From Falsarthrobacter nasiphocae (GTDB lineage: Bacteria > Actinomycetota > Actinomycetes > Actinomycetales > Micrococcaceae): a DNA stretch of 24,000 nucleotides. Every line of letters starts with the position of its first letter. The stretch's first letter is position 1. A program made the translations under genes and the position numbers. Below, in pieces: positions 8,087-16,613 of this stretch. Where the stretch lies: contig NZ_JAVDUI010000001.1 of NCBI RefSeq assembly GCF_031456275.1, forward strand, positions 1,112,965 to 1,136,964. Direction: 5' to 3'. The notes below the pieces were generated by a model. The model saw nothing but the letters and a program-made list of their open reading frames with translations, ran no database searches and was not told the DNA's origin.

Positions 8087-8175
8087 TTCCCACCCGCGTT
8101 CCGGGGCGGGTTTCGCACGCTGGGGGCCCATTTCTGTGCGAACCTCGCCGCGGAACGGGAGGGGAGGGGCCCGGG
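8087..8175. repeat. Intergenic imperfect-palindromic repeat, copy C
   Basis: The 23-mer at 8097-8119 is identical to copy A, and the second block TCGCCGCGGAACGGGA lies at 8145-8160. The left arm CGTTCCGGGGCG can pair with the right arm CGCCGCGGAACG (11 of 12). The right flank is G-rich. The copy ends a few bp before the antiporter stop at 8182. Confidence 0.75.
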
Positions 8176-8181
8176 GTGGCG

Positions 8182-10044
8182 CTAGGAGAGGAGGTGGTCC
8201 ACGTTGCACCAGCGCCAGGCCTCGCCCGGCTCGAAGGACCGCAGCACGGGGTGGCCCGACTCCTTGAAGTGCTTGGTCATGTGCTCGCCCGGGGACGAGT
8301 CGCAGCAGCCCACGTACCCGCACTGCATGCACAGGCGCAGGTGGACGGGGGTGAGGCCCTCGGCCTCGCAGTCCTCGCACACGTCGGAGAGGGGCGCGGG
8401 GTCCCAGCCGTCCGTGTCCACGAGGTGCACGCACCGGTCCGTCATCACCTGGTCGTCGGCCTCCGGCTCGAGGGTCTCCGCGGCCTCAGCCGACTCAAGG
8501 CCCGCCTCTTCCACATCCAGCCCCGCGAGCACCTTCTGCAGCACCTCGTAGTCGACGCTGCGCTCGTTGCCCATGGTCAGAGCCTCGGCTCGCTGCGCCT
8601 TGATCATCTCGAGCCTGTAGCGGCGGTAGAGGTGTGACGGCGCCTCCCCGTCGGACTGACGCCCGAGCCGCTCCCACACGCGGTTGGCGAGCACCTGATT
8701 GAGGGTGTCGAGGCGGTCGATGACGGCCTGATCCGACTCGTTCTCCGGCTTGCCATCGGCAGCCGCCACCTCGTCGAGGCGCTTCTTTCCCGTGACCGCC
8801 AGGCGCTGAATGATGTGCGCCTCTTGGAGGATCTCGCTGCGGACGCCCGCCCCGACGACGCCCAGCTTCCGCACGACCCACGGCATCGACAGCCCCTGCA
8901 CGAGCAGAGACGCGACGGTCACGAAGAGCGCCGCCAGGACGATGACGTCCCGGTACGGGGTGTCCTCGGGGATGAGGAAGACGGACGCCAGGGTCACCAC
9001 GCCGCGCATGCCCGCGAACGAGAGCACGAAGGCCTGCTGCCAGCTGAGGTTCTGCTGGCCCCGCCGATGCCGGCCGAAGAATCCGAGGTAGGAGGAGAAC
9101 ACCCAGACGAACCGCGCGGCCACCACGCCCAGGTAGATGACGACGACGGCGATCCACGTGCTGGCCGTGTCGTGATGGGCGTCGTGAACCCCTTCAACAA
9201 TCTGGCTGGCTTGGAGTCCGATGAGGAAGAAGACGGAGTGCTCGAGGAGGAAGGAGATCGTCCGCCAGTTGACGGACTGGGCCAGGCGCGCGGACGCCGT
9301 CTGGACGACGGGGGCCTTGTGGCCGATGACGAGGCCCGCGATGACGACGGCGAGCACACCCGAGGCGTGGATCTCCTCGGCCGGGACGAACGCGAGCCAG
9401 GGGGTGATGAGAGAGACGCCCGTGGCGATCGTCGTGTCGTTCGTCAGCGTGTGCACCTTGTTGACGAGGAAGCCGACGACGACACCGATGAGGATGCCGC
9501 CGCCGACAGAGATGAGGAAGCCCAGGGCCACGCCGCCGGGGCTGGCCTGCTGCGAGATCGCGGAGATGGCGGTCGTCAGCAGGACGAGGGCCGTGGCGTC
9601 GTTGAGGAGGGACTCGCCCTCGAGGAGCGTCATGACGCGGCGCGGGAGGCCGAGCTTCTTGCCGATGGCCATGGCGGCGACCGCGTCAGGGGGGCCGACG
9701 ACGGCGCCGAGGGCCAGGGCCGCCGCGAACCCGATGGGCAGGAGCCACCAGGCGATCAGGCCTGTGACGAAGGCCGTGAAGACGACGAGTCCAACGGACA
9801 GGCGGATGATCGGCTTGATCTCGGCACGGAAGTCCGGGAGGGAGACGTTGACGGCCGCCGCGTAGAGGATGGGCGGCAGGATGACGAGAAGGACGAGCTC
9901 CGGCTCCAGGGCCTCCACGTGGACGAACGGCAGGAAGGACACGCCGATTCCGAGGACGGTGAGGATCAGGGCGGCGTTGACGCCGGACCGCTCCCCCAGG
10001 GGGCGGGCCATGAGGACGACGACGACCACTGCCACGAGGGTCAT
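8182..10044 (-). CDS. Na+/H+ antiporter (CPA1/NhaP type) with a C-terminal UBP-type zinc-finger domain
   Basis: The polytopic N-terminal ~400 aa carry CPA1-like motifs (LLEGESLLNDATALVL; FAGMRGVVTLA), followed by a cytoplasmic helical region. The last ~83 aa (8185-8433) are Cys/His-rich: CEDCEAEG...HLRLCMQCGYVGCCDSSPGEHMTKHFKESGHPV. The start is ambiguous (ATG 10044 or TTG 10065). Confidence 0.8.
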   Translation of the reverse strand: MTLVAVVVVVLMARPLGERSGVNAALILTVLGIGVSFLPFVHVEALEPELVLLVILPPILYAAAVNVSLPDFRAEIKPIIRLSVGLVVFTAFVTGLIAWWLLPIGFAAALALGAVVGPPDAVAAMAIGKKLGLPRRVMTLLEGESLLNDATALVLLTTAISAISQQASPGGVALGFLISVGGGILIGVVVGFLVNKVHTLTNDTTIATGVSLITPWLAFVPAEEIHASGVLAVVIAGLVIGHKAPVVQTASARLAQSVNWRTISFLLEHSVFFLIGLQASQIVEGVHDAHHDTASTWIAVVVIYLGVVAARFVWVFSSYLGFFGRHRRGQQNLSWQQAFVLSFAGMRGVVTLASVFLIPEDTPYRDVIVLAALFVTVASLLVQGLSMPWVVRKLGVVGAGVRSEILQEAHIIQRLAVTGKKRLDEVAAADGKPENESDQAVIDRLDTLNQVLANRVWERLGRQSDGEAPSHLYRRYRLEMIKAQRAEALTMGNERSVDYEVLQKVLAGLDVEEAGLESAEAAETLEPEADDQVMTDRCVHLVDTDGWDPAPLSDVCEDCEAEGLTPVHLRLCMQCGYVGCCDSSPGEHMTKHFKESGHPVLRSFEPGEAWRWCNVDHLLS

Positions 10045-10235
10045 GAGGACTTGGACGAGGTGCAAAGGAGTCCGTTCCGGCGAGCTGCCCGTGGGGAGTG
10101 CCTGGGGAGAGGGTCACGAAGCGGTGACGTTCGGCGGTCCTGGGGAGCGGATCGGGTGGGGAACGGGCCGCAACGATGGGGCTGATCACACTTCCACAGG
10201 AGGCGCGGCTCGCGTGGAACGAGGCCGGCTCCATC

Positions 10236-10352
10236 TTATCCACATGGTTGTGAATAAGTGGACAGCGATCGGTCTCCCCCGCCACGACGCCGATGCGGAC
10301 GTGAACTACATCGATGTAAGAAATCCACACTGTGGATAACGCCTGTGGATAA
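10236..10352. promoter_or_regulatory. DnaA-box cluster 1 (divergent antiporter / rpf intergenic region)
   Basis: Three sites are perfect: TTATCCACA at 10236-10244, and TGTGGATAA at 10331-10339 and 10344-10352. Three are near matches: TGTGAATAA 10249-10257 (8/9), AGTGGACAG 10257-10265 (7/9) and AAATCCACA 10321-10329 (7/9). Two pairs are convergent. Confidence 0.55.
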
Positions 10353-10380
10353 CTACCCTCATCCCCGGGGAAACCTGGAG

Positions 10381-10397
10381 GTCACCTGAAGGTCACG
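10381..10397 (+). promoter_or_regulatory. Direct hexamer repeat GTCACC-N5-GTCACG, a candidate OmpR/MtrA-family response-regulator site
   Basis: The two hexamers are spaced 11 bp centre to centre. The repeat ends 14 bp upstream of the TTGACA -35-like hexamer of the putative rpf promoter. Confidence 0.3.
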
Positions 10398-10411
10398 AGA
10401 CGCGCGGGTGC

Positions 10412-10439
10412 TTGACATTCGATAACAGTCCGATAACGT
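10412..10439 (+). promoter_or_regulatory. Putative sigma-A-type promoter of rpf
   Basis: TTGACA (10412-10417), a 16-nt spacer and TAACGT (10434-10439, fitting TANNNT). This implies a ~200-nt leader before ATG 10657. Confidence 0.35.
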
Positions 10440-10635
10440 GGAGGCAACAGCGCCCCTCGTGGGTGCCCCTCACGAGAGGGACAACTGGCTGGTTTCATAC
10501 TTCCCCGGCCGGACAGTAAGCAATGCAGGGTCTGCCCACACCACACGCCCCCAGAATGGCAGACACCGGAACTGACCTCTTATCATCGGCGGTTGGCGGG
10601 CGGCGCAGTGAAGACCGGGGACGGTCTGAGCGTAG

Positions 10636-11385
<750 letters not shown>

Positions 11386-11438
11386 GGCATCCCCTCCAGG
11401 ACTCCGAGCTCTAGAGTTCGGACCCTCAGAGGCCACAC

Positions 11439-11470
11439 GATCCCGTCCTGCACCCCTGCGGGGCGGGATC
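11439..11470 (+). terminator. Candidate stem-loop downstream of rpf
   Basis: GATCCCG...CCCC TGC GGGG CGGGATC forms a bulged stem. There is no clear U-tract. Confidence 0.3.
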
Positions 11471-11600
11471 GCGCGGTCTCAGGCCGCGCCACCCCCTCCC
11501 CTCCTCATATCGGCGAAGCGCGCGCGCCTGCCCCGACTTACCCGATGACGCCCTTCTGCTGCGCTCCCTGCCAGCGGACGGCGCCAGACGACAGGACCCC

Positions 11601-12761
11601 ATGAATTCCTCGCGACTCACCGTTGAACCCGTGTCAGCTTCCGAGCACGAATCCACGATTGCGGCCCTACCGGTTGAGCTGCACGTGCCCTTTGAGCAGT
11701 CTGCCGCGTGGGCGGGGGTGGATATCGCCAACGGCGCCCGCAGCCACTACGCCTTCCTCCACTTCAAGCGCGAGGGCGAGCTCGTGGCCTTTGCGTCCGT
11801 GGACCGCTACGTGCGGCGCACCCGCGAGTCCCTCGTCGTCATGGCGGGCCCGGTCTTCACGGTGGAGCGCACGCCCGCCCTGGAGAAGGCCGTTGTCGAG
11901 GCCCTCGCTGAACACGCTCGCCAGGACCCGACGATCAACCCCATGTACCTGCGCGTCTTCCTCGACTACCCGGATGCCGTGCCGGGCACGGTCCGCTCGA
12001 TCGAGCGCGGCCTGTACGAGCGCGAGGTCGTCGTCGAGCTCGGCAAGTCCCCCGAGGCGCTCAAGAAGTCCTTCTCCTCCACCGCTCGCACGCGGATCAA
12101 CCGGGCGGCTCGCGCCGGCGTCGAGGTCCGCGAGATCACGGAGAACCGGGGCGAGGTCTTCCGCACGGAGTGCTTCCCCATCATGGAGGAGACTGCCAGC
12201 CGGGATGCGTTCAGCCTCCTGCCTGCCGCGCATTACGTCTCCGTCCTTGAGGACGCTCCGGAGTACTCACGCCTGTACGTCGCCTACGCTCCTGCGTCCG
12301 ACGACGCTCCGGAGGCCGCCGAGAAGATCCCCGTCGCGTGGATGCTGACCACCGAATACCACGGGCGCGGCTGCTACCTCTACGGCGCCTCGAACCACAG
12401 GGCCCAGGAGACGAGTGCGATGTTCGCGCTCATGCACACGATCCTGCTCCGCCTGACGGAGACGGGCAACCGGGAGGTGGGCCTGACGGGGATTACCTCG
12501 GAGCGCTTCCCGGAGCTCAAGGGCGTGGAGAACTTCAAGCTGCGCTTCTCCAAGCGGATCGACGAGCTTCCCCGCCTCTTCGATGTCCCCCTCCAGCCGC
12601 TCAAGTACCGCGCCCTGCGCGCGGCGCTGCTCACGAGGTCTCAGGGACCGGCTCTCGCGCGGGACGCCGTGAGCCGAGCCAAGGACCTGGCCGGCAAGGC
12701 GCGCGCCGCCGTGACGCGCCCGAAGGCCGGCGCAGCCCAGGAGAGCATCGCGAAGAACTAG
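11601..12761 (+). CDS. FemAB-family peptidoglycan interpeptide-bridge aminoacyltransferase-like protein, paralog 1
   Basis: Size is ~386 aa. Motifs read by eye: FEQSAAWA, KKSFSSTARTRINRAARAGVEVREI, MEETASRDAF, YLYGASNHRAQETSAMFALMHTILL and NFKLRFS. It is about half identical to the downstream paralog by eye. Confidence 0.65.
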   Translation: MNSSRLTVEPVSASEHESTIAALPVELHVPFEQSAAWAGVDIANGARSHYAFLHFKREGELVAFASVDRYVRRTRESLVVMAGPVFTVERTPALEKAVVEALAEHARQDPTINPMYLRVFLDYPDAVPGTVRSIERGLYEREVVVELGKSPEALKKSFSSTARTRINRAARAGVEVREITENRGEVFRTECFPIMEETASRDAFSLLPAAHYVSVLEDAPEYSRLYVAYAPASDDAPEAAEKIPVAWMLTTEYHGRGCYLYGASNHRAQETSAMFALMHTILLRLTETGNREVGLTGITSERFPELKGVENFKLRFSKRIDELPRLFDVPLQPLKYRALRAALLTRSQGPALARDAVSRAKDLAGKARAAVTRPKAGAAQESIAKN

Positions 12762-12781
12762 GGCAAGCATGCCTGATCATC

Positions 12782-12812
12782 GGCCCGGGTGGAGCAGCGC
12801 TCCGCCCGGGCC
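12782..12812 (+). terminator. GC-rich hairpin after FemAB paralog 1
   Basis: GGCCCGGGTGGAGC - AGC - GCTCCGCCCGGGCC forms a 14-bp stem with one G-U pair. It lies 20 nt after the stop. The downstream T-tract is weak (GTCTT). Confidence 0.5.
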
Positions 12813-13044
12813 GACTCCGTCTTGGGCTCAGAAGCTGGCGGCGGAGAGCCACCCCAGCCGAGACCTCTCCAGCTAGGCGCAGGAATGCTCTCTCCACCGC
12901 GGCGCTGACGCGGCGTGAACGCCACGACTCAGACCGTGGCTTGATACGCCGCGATCACATCCGCCCGATAGACTGGCCAGGATCCCCGCCCCCACCCGCG
13001 CCTTCGTGCGCCGCGCCATACCCGGCGCTGAGAAAGGCCATCCT

Positions 13045-14193
13045 GTGACAGGACCCTCGTCCCGCCTCTACGACCTCGAGCTTGTCTCCCCGGTTGAATT
13101 CGACGCGATCGTCGATTCCCTGGCTGGCTCGGTGTATGTCCCGTTCGAGCAGAGCGGCATCTGGACGCGCATGATGGACGGCAGCGACCCGGGCCGCAGT
13201 GAGTACGGCTACATCGTCATGCGAGAGCACGGGGAGCTGGTTGCTCTCATGCGGGCCGAGCACTTTCAGCGAAAGATCCGCTCCTCCATCGTCTCCCTCA
13301 CGGGCCCCGTCTTCGTCGCCGAGCGCACGCCGGAGGCCGAGCGGCGCTTCGTCGAGACCCTGGCCAATCACCTGAAGCGTGACCCCTCCGTGGACCCCAT
13401 GTACATCCGCATGGGCGTGGCCCACCCCGAGGCCATCCCGGGCACGCGCCTGGCCATCGAGCGCGGCATCTTCGACCGCGAGGTCATCGTCCCCCTCGCG
13501 AACACGCCGGAGGACCTCAAGAAGACGTTCTCCTCGACGACGCGCAACCTCATCAACCGGGGGCGCCGCAACCGGGTCGAGGTCCGCGAGATCACGGAGA
13601 ACCGTTCCGAGTTCTTCTCCCGCTGGTGCTTCCCCATCTTCGAGGAGACCGCTGAGCGGGACGGCTTCGAGGTCCAGCCCAAGCACTTCTTCGTCCGACT
13701 CCTCGACGTCATGCCGGAGAACGTGCGCCTCTACGCCACGTATCTGCCCGCCGCCGAGGGCGAGCCGGCCCCGGAGGCCCCCGTGGCGTGGGCCATCTCC
13801 AACGAATACCACGGCCGCGGCTCCTACTACTTCGCCGGCTCGACCAAGGCCGCGCAGAAGGCCGGCGTCATGCCCGTCATGCTCAACCGCCTCCTCCTGG
13901 ACCTGCGGGCCAGCGGCAACACCGCAGCCGGCCTGACCGGCATCGGCTCCGAGATCTGGCCCGAGCTCCGGCGCCTGGAGCGCTTCAAGCTCTCCTTCTC
14001 CAAGGAGATCGCCGAGTACCCGCCGCTGCACGATGTCCCCCTCAAGCCGGCGAAGTACGCGGCCCTGCGCGCGTGGCTCACGGCCCGCCAGAAGGGCCCC
14101 GCCGCTGCGCGGTCCGCCGTCTCCCGCATGCGTGAGGCGGCCCAGCGCGCCCGGCGCGGTGGTGCTTCCCAGGAGCCCCTGGCACACTCATAA
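13045..14193 (+). CDS. FemAB-family peptidoglycan interpeptide-bridge aminoacyltransferase-like protein, paralog 2
   Basis: GTG at 13045 has GAAAGG 8 nt upstream, and this start aligns the N-terminus (GPSSRL) with paralog 1 (MNSSRL). The motif set is the same: FEQSGIW, KKTFSSTTRNLINRGRRNRVEVREI, FEETAERDGF, YYFAGSTKAAQKAGVMPVMLNRLLL and RFKLSFS. The ORF track begins at 13006. Confidence 0.65.
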   Translation: MTGPSSRLYDLELVSPVEFDAIVDSLAGSVYVPFEQSGIWTRMMDGSDPGRSEYGYIVMREHGELVALMRAEHFQRKIRSSIVSLTGPVFVAERTPEAERRFVETLANHLKRDPSVDPMYIRMGVAHPEAIPGTRLAIERGIFDREVIVPLANTPEDLKKTFSSTTRNLINRGRRNRVEVREITENRSEFFSRWCFPIFEETAERDGFEVQPKHFFVRLLDVMPENVRLYATYLPAAEGEPAPEAPVAWAISNEYHGRGSYYFAGSTKAAQKAGVMPVMLNRLLLDLRASGNTAAGLTGIGSEIWPELRRLERFKLSFSKEIAEYPPLHDVPLKPAKYAALRAWLTARQKGPAAARSAVSRMREAAQRARRGGASQEPLAHS

Positions 14194-14224
14194 TGTGACG
14201 CTCGCAGACCCCGCACCCCAGCTC

Positions 14225-14707
14225 ATGTCCCCCGTCCGCCTCTACCGGCTCGTCGCCCGCGCCGAAGCCGTGACATGGGCCCTCCTCCTGATCGGCATGG
14301 CGTTGAAGTACGTCACCAAGACCACGGAGCTCGGCGTCCGCATTGGCGGGCTCCTCCACGGGATCGTCTTCATCTCCTATGTCGTCGTGACCGTGGCCGT
14401 GTGGATTGACAGCCGCTGGTCCCTCGGCCGGGGCCTGCTCGGCCTGGGCTCGTCCATCCTGCCCTTCGCCACGCTGCCGTTCGAGAGCGATGTCGAGGCC
14501 AAGGGGAAGATCCTGCCCACGTGGCGCCTCGCCTCCCCCAGCGATCATGCCCGCCCGGGCCAGCAGGGAACACCGCGCAGCTTCCCCGAGCGGGTCCTTG
14601 CCGGGCTCCTGGCCCACCCCTCCCGCGCGGTTGTGGTGGGCGTGGCCCTCGTCGTCGTCCTCACCGTTCTGGCGCTCCTGGTGGGTCCGCCGGGGTCCTC
14701 CGCCTGA
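14225..14707 (+). CDS. DUF3817-family integral membrane protein
   Basis: LYRLVARAEAVTWALLLIGMALKYVTK...GGLLHGIVFISYVVVTVAVW is typical of DUF3817. The start is either ATG 14225 or GTG 14195; the latter sits 1 nt after the upstream stop (TAATGTG). Confidence 0.7.
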   Translation: MSPVRLYRLVARAEAVTWALLLIGMALKYVTKTTELGVRIGGLLHGIVFISYVVVTVAVWIDSRWSLGRGLLGLGSSILPFATLPFESDVEAKGKILPTWRLASPSDHARPGQQGTPRSFPERVLAGLLAHPSRAVVVGVALVVVLTVLALLVGPPGSSA

Positions 14708-14748
14708 GGCACAGGAGGAGGACCCAACCGCACCTATAGACTGTCCCG

Positions 14749-16281
14749 GTGCCTCACCCGGAAAACACGCCCAAGATCCCCCTGCCCTCTGACGAATCCG
14801 CCCGCCTCGAGGCCGTCCCCGAAGCCGCCCCCGAGACCCCCGCCATGACGGATCAGCAGACGGACGACCAGCGCAACGCCCTCCCAGTCATCGTCATCCT
14901 CCTCTGCGCCACCTTCGTCGTCATCCTCAACGAGACGCTCATGAACGTGGCTCTCCCCCACCTCATGGTGAGCCTGTCCATCGCCGAGGTCTCCACGGTC
15001 CAGTGGGTGGCCACCGCGTTCATGCTGACCATGAGCGTCGTCATCCCGACCACGGGCTTCCTCCTGTCCCGCCTCACCACCCGGCAGACGTTCACCCTGG
15101 CCATGGGCCTCTTCACCCTGGGCACTGTGGTCTGCGCGGCGGCCCCGAGCTTCCCGGTGCTCATTGTGGGGCGCGTCATCCAGGCGTCCGGCACCGCGGT
15201 CATGATGCCCCTGCTCATGACGACGATCCTCCAGCTCGTCCCCCTCAACCGACGCGGCGCCGTCATGGGCAACGCGTCCATCGCCATCTCGGTGGCGCCC
15301 GCCGTGGGCCCGGCCCTCTCCGGCCTCATCCTGCAGCACTTCGAGTGGCGCTTCCTCTTCGTCTTCATGCTGCCGGTGGCCCTTCTCATGCTTGCGGCGG
15401 GCCTGCTGCGCCTCAAGAACGTTGGCGTGCAGACGTCTCGCCCGCTGGACTGGCCCTCGGTTCTGCTCACGATCCCGGGCTTCGGCGGGTTCGTCTACGG
15501 CATCAACGAGATCGCCGTGAACCCGGGGCCGGCCACGATCGTGTCCCTCGTCGTCGGCCTCGTGTGCATCGTGCTCTTCTGCCGCCGCCAGCTCGCGCTG
15601 ACGAAGGGCGGCGAGCCGCTTCTGGACCTGCGCGTCTTCACGTTCGCGCCGTTCGCCAAGGGACTCGCGCTCATGTCCATCTCGATGATCGCGATGTTCG
15701 GCACGATCATCCTCTTCCCGCTCTACATGCAGCAGCTTCTCGGCAAGGACTCGCTCACCACGGGCCTGCTCATGCTGCCGGGCGGGCTCATCATGGGCCT
15801 GGCCGCCCCGCCCGTGGGCCGCCTCTTCGACCGGATCGGCGCGCGCCCCCTCGTTCTCACGGGCACGAGCATCCTCGTCGTTACTGCGCTCGTCATGTCC
15901 CGCTTCGATTCCGGGACGTCCATGTGGCTGGGTCTCGCGGTCTACACGGTGTTCTCGTTCGGCCTGGCGCTCATCTTCACGCCGACGTTCACCTACTCCC
16001 TCAACCCGCTCCCCCCTCGCCTGTACTCGCACGGCTCGGCGACTCTCTCGTCCATCCAGCAGCTTGCGGGCGGCCTCGGCGTCGCGCTCCTGACCGGAGT
16101 GATGCAGGCGAGCCGTCTCGCCGCGCTCAGGCACGGGGACGGCACGCCGGCCGCCCAGGTCTCGGCCGCTGAGGCCGGCCTGGGGGCCGCGTTCCTCGTG
16201 GCTGCGGGCTTCGCGGTCCTGGGCGTGATCCTCGCCTTCAGGATGACGACGACGCCGGCCGCCGCCGAGCCTAAGCCGTGA
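14749..16281 (+). CDS. MFS transporter, DHA2 (EmrB/QacA-like, 14-TMS) drug:H+ antiporter family
   Basis: VIVILLCATFVVILNETLMNVALPHL, GRVIQASGTAVMMPL and about 14 hydrophobic segments. GTG 14749 lies 6 nt after a TAGACT (TANNNT) -10-like hexamer at 14737-14742, so the transcript may be leaderless. ATG 14845 is an alternative start. Confidence 0.8.
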   Translation: MPHPENTPKIPLPSDESARLEAVPEAAPETPAMTDQQTDDQRNALPVIVILLCATFVVILNETLMNVALPHLMVSLSIAEVSTVQWVATAFMLTMSVVIPTTGFLLSRLTTRQTFTLAMGLFTLGTVVCAAAPSFPVLIVGRVIQASGTAVMMPLLMTTILQLVPLNRRGAVMGNASIAISVAPAVGPALSGLILQHFEWRFLFVFMLPVALLMLAAGLLRLKNVGVQTSRPLDWPSVLLTIPGFGGFVYGINEIAVNPGPATIVSLVVGLVCIVLFCRRQLALTKGGEPLLDLRVFTFAPFAKGLALMSISMIAMFGTIILFPLYMQQLLGKDSLTTGLLMLPGGLIMGLAAPPVGRLFDRIGARPLVLTGTSILVVTALVMSRFDSGTSMWLGLAVYTVFSFGLALIFTPTFTYSLNPLPPRLYSHGSATLSSIQQLAGGLGVALLTGVMQASRLAALRHGDGTPAAQVSAAEAGLGAAFLVAAGFAVLGVILAFRMTTTPAAAEPKP

Positions 16282-16567
16282 CGACGGGCCGGTAGTGCTC
16301 CACCACGGGCTTGGGCTCGTAGAAGTGGTGGAGGGCCGCGCGCCACTGCTCAAACAGCTCGGACCCGCGGAAGCCCTCGGTGTGGGCCTCGAGGGTCTCC
16401 CACGTGACGACGAGCAGGTAGGTGCTCGGGGACTCCACCCCGCGCGAGACCTGGAGGCTGAGGAAGCCGGGCGAGGCGCTGATGAAGTCCTTCGCCGTGG
16501 CGAGGGCCTCCTCGAACTCCTCCTCGCGGCCGGGAATGACAGGAAGCAGTGCGGATTCGACGATCAT
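16271..16567 (-). CDS. Antibiotic-biosynthesis-monooxygenase (ABM) domain protein
   Basis: About 98 aa, beginning MIVESALLPVIPGREEEFEEA...PGFLSLQVSRGVESPSTYLLVVTWETLEAHTEGF. Its 3' end overlaps the convergent MFS gene by 11 nt. Confidence 0.7.
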   Translation of the reverse strand: MIVESALLPVIPGREEEFEEALATAKDFISASPGFLSLQVSRGVESPSTYLLVVTWETLEAHTEGFRGSELFEQWRAALHHFYEPKPVVEHYRPVVTA

Positions 16568-16613
16568 GCTTCCAGTCTCCCACCGTGGCGCCCCGGCCCG
16601 TAGGATCGGGGGC

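Noticed and set aside
4399-8175. Integron-like gene cassettes with attC sites, given single genes in the same orientation each followed by an imperfect palindrome
   Set aside because: The arms read ...CCCGTT...AACGGG... (GTT first, AAC last). Canonical attC has R'' ...AAC first and R' GTT... last. No integron integrase or attI is present in the window. I kept it only as a generic 'cassette boundary' possibility under the repeat-family finding.
6279-8267. Very long ORFs antisense to, or out of frame with, annotated genes. Examples: 6279-8267 (+), 8815-10185 (+), 14734-16353 (-), 1873-3033 (+), 3663-4439 (+), 4958-6004 (+), 10495-11436 (-), 12955-14187 (-), 16748-18109 (-), 17017-17760 (+), 18615-19508 (+), 20895-21635 (+), 21619-22626 (-), 22628-23422 (-).
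   Set aside because: Their translations are Arg/Gly/Asp/His/Pro-rich low-complexity sequence with no recognisable motifs. Each overlaps a gene on the other strand or frame that has clear family signatures. Stop-free shadow frames of this kind are expected in roughly two-thirds G+C DNA.
16271-16281. The 11-nt convergent overlap of the MFS and ABM gene 3' ends as a regulatory antisense feature
   Set aside because: Short convergent overlaps are common in compact high-GC genomes. No associated structure or repeat was seen.
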